Under the pieces are notes generated by a model that was not told the origin of the DNA, made no database searches, and saw only the letters and a list, made by a program, of their open reading frames with translations. Of a stretch of 64,000 nucleotides of DNA, positions 27,686 to 41,224 are shown in pieces. The stretch's first letter is position 1; every line of letters begins with the position of its first letter. A program made the position numbers and the translations under genes. The DNA is from Octopus sinensis (Eukaryota), in contig NC_042998.1 in NCBI RefSeq assembly GCF_006345805.1, forward strand, positions 110,050,001 to 110,114,000, read 5' to 3'.

Positions 27686-27892
27686 ATGATAATAATAATG
27701 ATAATAATAATAGTAATAATAATAATAATAATAGTGATAATAATGATGCTGATGCTGATGATGATGACAATAATGATGATGATGATGATGATGATGATAA
27801 TAATAATAATAATGATGATAATAATAATGATAATAATGATAATAATAATAATAATGATAATAATAATGATAATAATAATAATAATAATAATA
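27686..27892. repeat. (AAT)n/(GAT)n microsatellite at the 5' junction of a LINE
   Basis: Direct inspection. Confidence 0.95.
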
Positions 27893-29242
27893 CTTACTTA
27901 TAGCTACAATGTGTTGAACTGGAATATTAGTGAAGTAAAGAATATAGATAGGAAAATACGCAAGCTGCTGAGTTGTAATAGGATGCACCACCCAAAGGCA
28001 GACGTAGATCGCCTTTACCTTCCCAGAGCCCAAGGAGGTCGAGGCCTGATCGAATTTGAACTAGCTTACAAAACAACCACAATTGGACTGGCCAAATATC
28101 TCGAAATATCGAATGACTGGATGCTAAAGCTCGTGGAAAATCACGAGAGACGAAAGAAGCTTCATTCTATCATAAAGGAAAGCAAAAGATTTGCTATTGG
28201 TCTCGTGCAGGATACCCAAATTGAACAACCCGAGGGAAGTACGGCAATTATTGTTGCAAAGAAGGTGAAAATGATGGCAATGAAAAAAGCGCACGAGCAA
28301 TTGGCTGATAGGTGGGAGGAGAAACCTCTGCACGGCAAATATGTGACCCGCAGCAAACAAGCTGATGTTGACCAGAAGCAAACCCATCAGTGGCTACGGA
28401 GCTCAGGGCTAAAAGCAGAGAGCGAAGGTTTCATCCTGGTTGCTCAAGATCAAAGCCTATTAACCCGGAACTACCAGGCCAATGTGATGAAAAATGGAGC
28501 AGACCCAAAATGCCGATTCTGCAACGACATGATTGAAACAGTGGACCACCTAATCTCTGGATGTAAAGTCTTAGCACCAGTGGAGTATAAATTAAGACAT
28601 GACAGAGTTGACCAATATCTCCACTGGCTAATAAGTCGGCATTACAATATCAAAACTGCCGACAAGTGGTATAATCACCACCCTGAGGCTGTAACTGAAG
28701 GAGAAAATGTAACCATTCTGTGGGACTTTCCAGTACATACAGACCGAACCATCAAGGCCAATAAACCAGATATTGTTGTGAAAAACCAAAACAATAAAGT
28801 TTGCTTATTGATCCACATGAGCATCCCCTGTGATCATAATATCTCAGCGAAAGAGTTTGACAAGCTCAGAAAATATAAAGACCTACTCATTGAAATTGAG
28901 AAAATGTGGCATCTCAAGGCGGTTACAATACCAATGATCGTAGGAGCACTAGGAATGATCAAGAAGGGAACCGAAAATTTTATGAGAATGATCCCTGGCT
29001 TACCATCCCTGCAAGAAGTGCAAAAGATCGTCTTAACTGGTACATCACACGTATTGAGAAGAGCATTGTCGATGTGAAAACTGTTGCTGCTCATGTATTT
29101 TAATTTAACTTTAAAAAAAAAAATGAACGAACTATTGAGTTTGGTTTAATGGCCTACCAATGTATACTATAAGTTTCTTTGCCCTAGGAGTCGGGAAGAC
29201 ACTCGGCAAGAAATGGAAGCAAATTTGAAAGAAGAAAAAAAA

Positions 29243-29245
<3 letters not shown>
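27893..29245 (+). mobile_element. 5'-truncated R4/Dong-like non-LTR retrotransposon (RT thumb, CCHC knuckle, restriction-like endonuclease)
   Basis: Uninterrupted ORF to the stop at 29077 with HPKADVDRLYLPRAQGGRGL, KPLHG, CRFC...HLISGC, KPDIVV and KLRKYKDL. The 3' UTR runs into (AAT)n at about 29243. Confidence 0.9.
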
Positions 29246-29288
<43 letters not shown>

Positions 29289-29309
29289 GTAACAGCAACA
29301 ACAACAACT

Positions 29310-29952
29310 CTTAACGCATGAAAGCAAGAAAGCATCATACTCAGTAACAAAACAGGAAAAGGAATATCTAAGTGAATTCCAAATACAACAAATCCCAGAA
29401 TTAGACGTACTAGAAACAAGCACAGGAAAAGCTAAGCGTATGAAAACCCGTGCTAAAACTGTTGCCTTAGATATTCATACTGATAAAGGGCAAGAAAAAC
29501 CTCTCAATGGCAAATACCTAAAGAGAGCTAATAATGTCGATGCTAACAAAGCCCTTGCCCATCAATGATTAGTATCTTCTGGGTTAAAATCAGAAACAGA
29601 AGGTGTTTATCATAGAAGCCCAAGATCATTGCCTACCTAACAGAGGCTACCAGGCCAACATATACAAGCCAACCTATTAAAGAACGGCAGTAGCACAACA
29701 TGTCGTGTATGTAAACAACCAAATGAAACCATTGATAGTGTTGTCTCCATGTGGAGTCTTCGTGCACCTACAGAGTATCTCAATAGGCATGATAGGGCAG
29801 CACAATATATTTACTGAGTAATTTGCAAAAACTTAGACCTGCCCCATGATAAAAACTGTTGGGAACACAAACCACCTCCAGTGCTTGAAAATTATCACAT
29901 ATCACTCCTCTGGAACTTCACCGTTCGAACTGACAGAAAGATAGATGCGAAT
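29310..29952 (+). mobile_element. Second R4/Dong-like fragment (different subfamily, disrupted)
   Basis: KPLNGKY, SSGLKSETEG, CRVCKQPNETID, YLNRHDRAAQYI and LWNFTVRTDRKI motifs, with stops and frameshifts. Confidence 0.8.
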
Positions 29953-30535
29953 ATTGTGTGTAGGTGTTTGTGTGTATGTGTATACATATACATACATACT
30001 TAGACGTGGGTGTGGGTGGGCGTGCATGTGGTGGTAGTGGTGAGGCGTTCTTTAGTACATGACACTGTTTCCGCACCATGATTTCACACCCTTTGTGTAG
30101 GAGTTCACTAAAAATGAACTTCAATGAATTTTTGAAATACTTTGGGGAAGAGACAAAATACCTCCTGTTGCATTCCCCAATTACTGTGAAACTCGAATAA
30201 TTATTATTATTTCTGCAATATTGTACAACATCGTGGAACAATTTTGCGTGAAACTGAGACAGAGATACATCACACTCCAAAATCTAGCACTTAAAAAACA
30301 AACAAAACACAAAAGAGCAAAAAACAAAAGACAAAATTATAGTAAAGCAATGGGCCGTATAACCACGCTGTGTACGCGCTGTGAGACGCATTACATACAT
30401 ACTGTGGATTAGAATGTTATGCAAAAATTAGATATTTGCTATTGGTTGTATTAGAAGATCAAAATGTAACACCTGAACGTTTGAGAATATCATACCATAT
30501 TTTCTGGTATAGGCTTTGACGTAGTATGTAGTGTA

Positions 30536-30751
30536 CAGTAATCCCTCAAAATATCGCGGTCCACTTATCACTGTTCACTTATCGCGGTTAATTATTTAAC
30601 CTTGCATCGATTCCTCTGTGCTGTAGTTTTGCATTTATAATAAAATAAATATATACAAATTATTTAAAAAATGATAAAAAATACAGTATTTTCACTTATT
30701 GCGGTTGGTGGTGTGTGGAACGTAACAGCCGCGATAGTCGAAGGGTTACTG
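30536..30751. mobile_element. pogo/Tigger-like MITE (216 bp)
   Basis: Terminal inverted repeats CAGTAATCCCTC...TATCGCGG and CCGCGATAGTCGAAGGGTTACTG, flanked by TA on both sides. Confidence 0.8.
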
Positions 30752-31215
30752 TAAACATATTGTGTACGTAATCAATTTCACACGCTTCCCAACTTTTGCT
30801 GCATTACACATCGACTTTCCAGCCTTTCAAAGTCATTTTAGCGTGTAAGTCGACCTAATTTTCTTGACAGTAAATTCTGATCAGAAATATTCGACTTGTG
30901 TGCCAGAAAATACAATAAGAACAAGTCAACTATACTTAGCGAACCGAGCATTTAGACATTCCATACTCACAATTCAAGTTTTGGGGAATTTGATCCGTTG
31001 CATTGATATATTTGGATGTTCCAATATTACGTTGTAATAATTTGAGGGATGGGTTTTTAATGATCTCGTTAATCCCAAATACTAGCTTATACCAACAAAA
31101 TGTTTCGATGTAATGAATCTATTACCTTTGAGATTTTAAATACCCGGATTCACTCATAGCAAGTATCCAATTTTTAGTATCATTTAATTTTCTGAGGTAC
31201 ATACCATACACACAC

Positions 31216-31245
<30 letters not shown>

Positions 31246-31246
<1 letters not shown>

Positions 31247-31324
31247 CATTATATAAAAGGGCTTAGTAAAATAAATTACTTTGCCGCATACTAATTTATT
31301 TTACTAAGCCCTTTTATATAATGT
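31246..31324. repeat. Perfect 33-bp inverted repeat with 13-nt loop
   Basis: ACATTATATAAAAGGGCTTAGTAAAATAAATTA at 31246-31278 and its exact reverse complement at 31292-31324. Confidence 0.9.
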
Positions 31325-31412
31325 AATAATTTGAATTCGCCTTAAATGGTCCCTTTGCATACTGAATACTTGGTGAAATTGATTAATTAATTAATTTTAC
31401 CCTCAATTGTTG

Positions 31413-31462
<50 letters not shown>

Positions 31463-31465
31463 CTA

Positions 31466-31510
<45 letters not shown>

Positions 31511-33439
31511 TATATATATATGTATGTATGTATACATACATATCTATCTGTCTATATACATGTACATACATTTGTATTATACATAATTTTGTGCGTGTTT
31601 GTAGAAATGCAGAAAATGCATGGATATAATTTCACTCGTTGAACTATTTTAATTATTCTAGTTGACTTTGCATTAAGAATTATAACAGAATATATATTTT
31701 AGAGATGACTTCAATAAATTTTTGATTATATCTTGTCACGAGCTTATAGTGATACCAACGTAATTCATACTTATTCAACCTTTGTGCACTAAGAATCACT
31801 CGAAAACACTCCAACACAGTTACATAAACACCTTTACCTTTTTCTCTTACTTGTTATATATATATATATGTGTGTGTATGTGTGTGTGTGTGCGCGCGCG
31901 TGCGTACGTGTGAGTGTGTGTATGTGAGTGCGTGAGTGTGCGCGTGAGTATGCATATATATGGGTAGATAGATAGAACTGTATGCAGATATGCAAATATA
32001 AGTCTAAAATAAGAAACAAACTTTGCAAAAATCTAAAGCCTGAGATGTTTTCGAATAATTCTCACGTTTCAAATTACTTTTTTGACATACCATGGAATCA
32101 TTTAAGCATAGAATATATTTCTGCTATACCATTTGTTATAATCGAATTTTAGTAAATTGTTACTTCCTAAAATTTTAATTTTTCACTTCTTTATCGTCAC
32201 ACACGTTTTGAAACATGTCAAGAAGCTAGAATCAATTTCTGTTTGAAGGGATCTAAGCAACATTATACGTATTTACTACAAGAATGTGTGATATGTGGTA
32301 TGCGATTAAACGTCACTATTTTATTTGACATTTTATCATAAACTGTTCATAGCTGGACACCAGCCCCGTGTTATCAGGGATAGCTATTAATTTGTGTTGT
32401 TAAAGGATAACTTGCTTTATGTCCATGATTTTTCATGTGAATTAGCCGCGTTAATTACATCGTTCTGGCCGGCATTGGAAGCAACAACCACAAGCTCGAA
32501 TTTTTTGAGCTGATTCGTTCTTTAATTTAGAGACTTATGTTAATGGTTATCTCCCACTGTACATCAGTACATATTAACTAAGACATACAAATACGCATTC
32601 AGATCAACCTTTTTGGGGCCTGAATCCCATTTGAAAGTGACAAAAGTTGGGGGGAGGATGGATATAGCCAATTCCACTACGTGACTGGAACTTATTTAAT
32701 CAGTTTCTTGGCAGAAATTGAATGCAGAGTATAGAAAATTGTAAGTAGATATTACAAGGTATTTTAATGTGATGCAGACAAGAGAATGTACCATATGTCG
32801 CCATTTTGAAGCAAAATATTAATCTGGAAAGAGACTATATTCATGTGCGAATAAATAAATACACGAACACGCACATGGACAAAAACATAGAAACACACAA
32901 ACGCACACAAATACTTTATTTACATAAAGATAGAACTTAATCTACTTTGAAATCTACCATTGAGTCATGTTTTGAAACAGGACAGATTTATTGTTTATTT
33001 CTAAAACAAACTATCATTACTGGAAAATGTGTGATGGACGAACTATGGTATGTGTAAATAATGAAATATAAAAGCACTAGAGAAAATTTTATTTAAGATT
33101 TTTTTATTTATTAATTTCTTATCATTCTTCTATATTTCTTGGATCCTTTTATTGTTCTTTGTTTTTTCAAATTGCAGTTCCTATAATTATATATTTACAG
33201 AGATAACTCTAGTCTAAGGTATCGATTTGACACTGGTTCCTAAGATGGGTTATGTAATTTATTTTGCTTGTTCAATAAATTATACTTTGTATATTTTTAA
33301 ATCGCCTTTTATAGCGATTCTGTGTCATTTACGCAGTAGTAGCAGGCTTCAAGAATGTTCCAATAGAATGCCAATAACTTGGAATTTTCTTTAAAACATA
33401 GGCCTTTTACCTATGCAAAAGATCCTTTTAATCATAATA

Positions 33440-34240
33440 GAGACAATTTCAGGATCATTGTAAGGGACTTGTTTCCCTTTTCGAAAATTGGGACAACAGA
33501 CTGGGACAAAAAGTTTTCAAGAATATAACCAGCATCCAGTGAATTCCTCCACAGATTAGCAACAGGAGATGCAAGTTGGTGTCGACACACCTTCAAGACA
33601 CAAGCAGGGAACCTATCAGGGCCTACTGCTGAATTGTGTTTAATTTCGTTTATTGCCGCTAACACATCAGGGGTGCAAAACATTATGTCCGATGTAGCGT
33701 GTTGACGATTAGCATCACTGATTCAGTCGAAATCGGCTATATCAGGATTGCTAAAAACAGAGCAGAACTATTTCTGCAGTATCTCCCTCATGGTTTTGGC
33801 TGTTATCTTGGAGATCGAGATTTTCATGAATCAGAGGGAAAACAGTTAAGAGAGTGATCTTTTGCTTTTTCGGAAAAGAGAACACTGTGCGGTTGAGTTT
33901 GATTTTCTCAACGACCCAGTTCTTCTCAGCTGTTCTTTGGTTAATGATGATGTTCTTTATGCACTGTTGGAGGTTATATTTTTTTATTCAAGCAGGCTGA
34001 TAGCCGCCGAATTTATGTGTAGCTGATGGCAGTATTGTAGTTTGTTATTTTTTTTGTTTGTTCTTTTTTATTTTTCTGATAATCGATTTTTCTGTTTTGG
34101 GGAATTCTGCACTTAGTTTTCTTCACAGGTCTTGGTGGTCTGTGTTTAGCACATATGTTTTTGACAGTGCCTACAAAGATCTGCCAAGATATTTTGATGC
34201 TGGAGGAGGTGTGTGCATGTGTGAAAGACCAGTCAACATG
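33440..34240 (-). mobile_element. CR1/L2/Jockey-group LINE fragment (linker and start of RT)
   Basis: ORF 33432-33683: SAVGPDRFPACVLKVC...LWRNSLDAG...VVPIFEKGNK matches the A.GPD...LK.C...SL..G...VVPIFKKG pattern preceding NYRPISL in these RTs. Confidence 0.75.
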
Positions 34241-35092
34241 TGATAGAGAGTCTATACATATATGTATATATGTATATATACATATATATGTGTATATGTA
34301 AATATTTATTTACATGTATATTGTGCATGTATGCATAGGTGTGTTTGTGTGTGTGTGTGTCTGTGTTTGTACCCCCACCATCACTTGACAACCGATGTTG
34401 TTGTGTTTACGTCATCGTAACGTAGCTGTTTGGCAAAACAAACCGATAGAATATGTACTAGGCTTACAAAGAATAACTTCTGGGGTCGATTTCTCAAATG
34501 AAGGCGGTCACATGACCCAAACTAGTAAAACAACAAAAAAACTGCCATTTTAATAGCAAGCAATGCCGGATATCTCTGTCAGTGTATATATATATATATA
34601 TATACACACAGGCCGTTACCAACAGTGCAACTAGCATGAAATACTTAAACAAACGAGGGAAAATGAGTTAAATACGTAAACAACGAGGAAAAATAGAAAA
34701 CAGGATAAGTTAGCACAGAAAAGGACCCTTCATCTTTTCTCTTTTCAAAAACAAAAAAATGTTTCTCCCAGCGTTCATTATTTTACTCTCGTTCTTATGT
34801 AACGATCCTCCTTGTTTGTTTTCGTTCAGTTTCCTTGAATGTCTCCACTGTTATTTTTTGTTCCCAAGTCTGAAATTCCACCGATCCTAAATTTCATTTT
34901 AGAATTTATGGAAGGAACTGTCTTTGAAAATTCATATTGTCGTTGAATGTTCTAAATGAGGAGTAGATAGACAACCGACAACTGCTGAAGTGTCCTTTTT
35001 CTATGTTACCTTTTCCGGTTTTCCATTATTTTTTGTTGTTTACGTATTTCATATCATTTACACCCTTTTGTCACGTCCTGTACCCATACATG

Positions 35093-35178
<86 letters not shown>

Positions 35179-37139
35179 GTGTGTGTGTATGTATATATAT
35201 TTGTTAGATATAAGACATCATATCAGACAAGGCGAACGTAGTCATATTTGTGTGCTCACCACAATACTTGATATATACCTGTTAACTTTAATATAATTTA
35301 CTACAAGTAGTAGTATAAATAGTATTTCGTCCTATAGACTAAAGTCATGAGGCCTATACATATGATGAAGAAATATTCATAAGATTGCACATCAATTCTG
35401 CTTTTTAACTTTTGAATATAAACAAAATTAATTTCTTATTCAGTCCGGTAGTTGAAAGATTATTAGGGATAACATACACAACTACTATTATGATAATGTA
35501 TTTGTAACCATATAATTTACGACTTTAATCATTTATGAATCTCATTTAGCTGCTTAACAGACCACGAGAGATATCATACTGTTGGCTAGAAGATCAGAAA
35601 ATTATACATATGATGACAGTATTTTGCTTCGTTCAAATATTTCATATTGATTAACTAAAAGATGGAATTCCCTAAAGTCTTCATAGAATTTAAATTTCGT
35701 ATGTAATATCTCTATTTATGAGATATTGCTGGATGAACAAACGTAGGCTGCAGCACATTAATTAAATCGTTTATAACGAAAACCTAATTCGTTATCGTTT
35801 ACAAAATCAATAAAATCTTTACAAACACAAACAAGGGAAGTAGGCAGAATCACTAAGAGTAACAGAGCAACATCAAACCTGATTCAATAAAATTTGTTGT
35901 AATATCAACAATAAATAAAGCAACAACAATAAACCAATCAGAGAGATTCTACGTGATTACTCGAACCGTTACATATAACAATCAAATTTTGCTCAAACTA
36001 CATTCTATGGTCCTGATGGCTGACATAGTAGGTGATATAAAGTAGAGAAGTCTCAAAAAAATAAAAATAAAAAATAAAGGTAAACTGACAGGAAACTCAT
36101 ATCTTAATTCAGACGATTGCTCTGTTTGAGCTGACCTGGTGGTAACTGACAATGGTAATATCGAAGTCGTCTAACATAGAAACAGAGAGACAACTAGTAA
36201 GTAGATATAATAGTCTTGTAATATTTTGTAGAGGCACAGAATGGATACTAAAATCCAAGTGTCACTTTTCTTTAAATTTTTTGTTGTTGTGCTGCTTTTA
36301 GTGTGTTCACATTGTTGCAGATCCTTGAACCAGATCTTGAGAGCTTATCTATGAATTGTGGATTCTTCACCCCATCAGAAAGTTCATGGGAGCTGCCCTT
36401 CCATTGACTAATCATTAACGCCTTGAAGAAGCGGATAACTAATTTAAATGGCCACTGCGCTTCGCTGGAGCTCATTTTATGCATTTCGCCCGATACAAAA
36501 AGCAAGGAGGATCTAAATGTGATATAAACTCTGACAGATTATTATTCAGAATCGGGATAGTAAAAATATATAATCTATGGTCATCGCCTGCGTCTTCGTC
36601 AGCATTTAACTGTCGTAAGTAGCAATTATTGCAGAAATTTAACAATCAGAATGTGGAAGAGGAGAGATAAAATAATTATATAGTTGTAGTAGCAGTAGTA
36701 GTAGCAGCAGCAGCACTAGTAGTAGTAGTAATAGTGGTAAGTGTAGTAATAGAAGAAAAAAAATAATAAGGGGGAGGAGGAGAAGAAGAAGGAGAGGGAA
36801 CATAATGATAATGAGGAGGAGTTGCTGATAATGATGATGGTGATGTTGATGAAAAAGAAATATTGGACCATGTTTTTCAATAATAAAAATGGAATCTTAA
36901 ATATCACAACTACCTCTATACATTCCAGCAATGATTTCTACAATCATAAAGTACAATAAAAATGAGGATAACATTTTAGCAGATTTCCGAATTTTCTCTG
37001 TAAAATGTTGAGTATTCTAGTTAAACTATATCAGTTTCTTTAATCGCTTATTCATCTGATACGCACCGGTGCAAGAAATCCTTCGATTAACTCTAACTGG
37101 AGATTTAGTTCAAAGGCTTGAAATAGAAAGACCACACTA

Positions 37140-37560
37140 AAGACAACCAGTTGGCTGAACAGTTAGCACACCGAGCAAAACGCTTTCGTCCGCTTTTACT
37201 TTCTAACTTCAAATTACATATTGATTTTACCTTTCATCCTCTTGGGGGTCGATAAAATAAGTATCGATTAAGCTTTGGGGTTGATGTAATCGACTCACCT
37301 CCTCCACCGAAATGGCGTGCTTTGTGCCAAAATTGGAAACCATTATTATTGTTGCAAAGCGGTGAGATGGCAGAATCGTTAACATGCTGGGTAAAATGGT
37401 TAGCAGTATATCATCAATCTTTCCGTCCTCTGTTCAAATTCCGTCGACATTTCATCACTTCGAGGGAAGATAAAATAAGTACCGCTTGAGGACTGGAGGT
37501 CGATGTATTTGACTTACAAACTTTTAGGACTTATGATTACTATAGAAAGGATTCTTATTA
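37140..37560 (+). mobile_element. Two adjacent SINE family C copies
   Basis: Repeated GGGGTCGATAAAATAAGTA...GTCGATGTAATCGACT cores at about 37225 and 37460. Confidence 0.7.
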
Positions 37561-37599
37561 CGGTTGCGAGCTGGATGCAACTTATCGTGCTGGATGCAG

Positions 37600-38400
37600 A
37601 GAGTGCGATTGATGTTAGCTTCTTTTTAATTGTTTTATATTTATAGTGGCTTGTTGCTAGGCATTGTTCATATGCTTGTGTTTATACATTTTTCTACAGT
37701 GTATATTCTAAATTGTAGTATAATCTTTATTTAAAGTTGAGTTATATCTTTCATGCCGTCATTCTTCTTTATTACTTTAATCAGTTTATATTTCCTCGCT
37801 TCTAACAATTTTTTTAGTCCAACAGTTGTTCTTTTGTATTAGATTTCTAGATATCTTTTTTTATCAGAACCATTCTTCTTGAGTTTGGAATAGTTATATT
37901 CTATCTATATCAGTTCTTGCAGTAATTCAGAATGTTATCTATAGTTAACTGATATTTAATTTCACTTATTTTTAATTGTTTCGAAGGTAGAAAATTTTGT
38001 AACTGGTATATTTATGTATATAAATGACTATTATATTATTTTTAGCATACAGCTTAGTGCTTAATATAGGTTTGACTATTTCTAACGTATTTTTAGAATT
38101 TGTCCTTCCTATCTGCTTGTTATATTGAAAAACTTTAAAGTATTCCTTATAAATATTTGTGGTTCAGATATAAAAGTTTTATTTCATCATCTTCATCTAA
38201 TGTCTCCATCTTTAGTGACCTAACATCTATTTTAATAGCGCTAACTCTTTTGTTTACTCCAATATTCGTTATACGTGTTTTGAGGCTAATGGAATCAGAG
38301 TTAAGCAGGATGGAAGTATATGCCTGCCTGGAACTTCTACCTGTTTTGTGGATATAAGCATGTTTAAATTACTATTACCTTACTATCTTTGTTTATATGG
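37600..38400 (-). mobile_element. Possible very degenerate Penelope-like fragment
   Basis: Minus-strand translation near 38150-38360 loosely resembles the Penelope RT C-terminal region; weak. Confidence 0.3.
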
Positions 38401-38569
38401 GTCTATAAAACAAGTATCAGTTGAGCAATGAGAGGTAACCGCTCCTAAAATTTCAGGTCTTGCGCCTTTAGTGGAAAGGATTATTATCGCCGCCGCCGCC
38501 GCCGCCGCCACCACCACCACATATGACAAAGAGAAAAAGGAAAAGCAAAGAAAATAAAGGGGAAGAAAG

Positions 38570-39325
38570 AAAGAAAATTCACAGCCACAATGCTCTTCTC
38601 AGTACGTGTGACGTACCAGTTAGGATAATCTGTTGCACTTCCTGCATGAATGGTAAGCCAGGGATTATTCTTAAATAATTTTCAGTTCCTTCTTTGATCA
38701 TTTCAAGTGCTCCTACAGTAACTGGTATAGTAACCGTCTTGAGATGCTACATCTTTTCAATTACCAAATCTTTATATTTCCTGAGTTTATCAATCTTTAT
38801 TGTTTTGATCTTTCACGACAATATCTGGTTTATTTGCCTTAATGGTCCGATCTGTACATACTAGAAAGTCCCAAGCAATTGTTACATTTTCTTCCTCAAT
38901 TACAGCCTCAGGGTGGTGCTTGTACCATTTGTCAGCAGTTTTGATTCCATAATGCTGACACATTATCCAATGTAGATACTGGCCAAGGCTGTCAAGTTTC
39001 GATTTGTATTCTACAGGTGCTAAATCCTTACACACAGAGATTAAGTGGCCCACTCTTTCAATCCCATCGTTGCGGTATCGACACTTTGGGTCTACACCAT
39101 TGGCGTGATAGTTCCATGTAAAAAAACTCTGATCTTGAACAGTCAAATAAAGCCTTCACTCTCTGCCTTTAGTCCTAAGATCCGTAGCCACTGATGGGTA
39201 TGCTTCTGGTCTACATAAGTTTGTTTGCTACCAGCCTCATATTTGGCATGCAGAGGTTTTTGTTCCCACCTATTAGCCAATTGTTCAAACGCATTATGCT
39301 TTGGTACTGATTTCACCTTCTTTGG
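38570..39325 (-). mobile_element. R4/Dong-like LINE fragment, same subfamily as 27893-29245
   Basis: EQKPLHAKY, HQWLRILGLKAESEGFI, KCRYRNDGIERVGHLISVC and TDRTIKANKPDIVVKDQNNK; the 5' junction abuts (AAT)n at about 39330. Confidence 0.85.
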
Positions 39326-39371
39326 AATTATTATTATTATTTTTATTGTTATTATTATTATCTTTATCATT

Positions 39372-39403
<32 letters not shown>

Positions 39404-40899
39404 GATAATGAGAAGGAGGAGGGGGATCCTCCTCATCATCGTCATCATCATTTATATGATTGACATTATATTTTTAAGGATTTAATTAAATGTGAAAGAA
39501 TTTCTTGGAAAACATTTTCATGCCAATTGTGCCAGCTGTCAGTCAAAATGGAATTCATTCAATGCTAAAAAGTTTTTAATGGAAAACGAAGAAGCGGTGA
39601 TGCAGAAAACAATGCAATCTAATTGTTGGTTTCGAAGAATACAAGTGAATTGAAGAGTAAATAGCAAATGTCTAATGTTTAGAAATTTAAAGCTAAAAGG
39701 AGAATTATTGTGTAAGGAGAAGTATTGTAAATTACAGTATGTAATATAATAGAAAGTGATATATATTGGGCTTGTGCGAGGACATGTGCTGAGGCTATGA
39801 TATCTTCTCTGAGATATAATTAAATAATTCTTACCTCCTCCGACACTGAGAATGGTCGAAGCCTTACTTGGTTGTACCTGTTTCCAGCATTAGGAACGGA
39901 GGCGTTTGGTATCGTTAGAGCTCTAATGCTACATGTATGGTGGATTTTCATCCTTGTGGAAGACTGTTATAGTTGGTTCTATTTATATCGTGTTTATACA
40001 TTTATATATGTGTCTCTCTTATATTTATGTCAACAAATTAATACGTATGAATATAAATCAGTAGATTCGTGGTCCTATCACTCGTTAATTTTATAACTAT
40101 GTGTATAGATTCGCAAACATATTTTAAACCCTCTTTTTACCACGTTGCTGCAATGAATGAATCATATGTTTAAAAGAAAAGGAAATAATAATAATGATTA
40201 TCATAATTATTAATATTATTATTACCATCATTATCATCATCGTCGTCGTCGTCGTTGTTGTTATTGCCGTTGTTGATTGAGAGAGCAGCACATTTGGGGT
40301 ACAAATATCTGAAGCCCAATAAACACGTCTGATTAGAGCACAACAAGTACATCATTCGTAACCATATGCGTGCGACATGGTAATCTCATATCATGATAAA
40401 TGGTGTATAAGTTTTCAGGTGGGGGCCTAGTTACAATTTCCTTCAGATCGAGTGGCCCATCCCGCTCAAAAGGTCCTTGAATAAAGGTTGTTTAAGAATG
40501 ACGAATGAAACATCTATTTCCCACGGGTAAATTATTCAAGCCTTAAAAATCCCTCTCAACTCATGGCAATGATGCTCCCGCGCTACTCCTGCTCCTGATC
40601 AGAGATACGCATTTCGTTAGCCGTTAAGGGTCAAATGTGGTATTGAGTAGAATATTTGCTGTAGCCCATCTTTCACACCGAGATAAAACATGTACATGCT
40701 AATGCTTCCAATCATTTAAGATCGGATGCTATGAGAGCCACTGCCTGGTACTGCATCAGAGTTTGCCTTCCATCCGTTCGGGATCAGTAAATCGAGTAGC
40801 AGTGGAGCACTGGGTCGATGTAATCTACTTAACCTCTCCCGCAAAATTTCAGGCCTCGTGCCTATTGTAAAAAGGATTATTATTATTATTATTATTATA

Positions 40900-41060
40900 T
40901 GAAAACTCACAGCTTATTTTGGTGGGTAGGGTGGAAAGTATCAGCTGTCCACAGGCAGCGTTTGAAGGTGACACTTGTTTACTGGTCATGCTTCAAGAAA
41001 CTTGAGAAGAGTTCTTACAGTTCCAAACAATGCTGATTTTTGGAGGTCTTCTACCTTCAT
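40900..41060 (-). mobile_element. 3' end of an R4/Dong-like LINE
   Basis: DLQKSALFGTVRTLLKFLEA-stop, then a short 3' UTR (GCTGATACTTTCC...AAAATAAGCTG) ending in (AAT)n. Confidence 0.75.
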
Positions 41061-41224
41061 AAAAAAAGTATCCTCTTCCTCCTCCTCTACCTCTTCCTTC
41101 TCCTCCTCCTCATCTTCCTCTTCCTTCTCCTCCTCCTCCTCCTCATCATCATCATTATTTATTATTACTATTATTATTATTATTATTATTATTATATTAT
41201 TATTATTATTATTATTATCATTGC

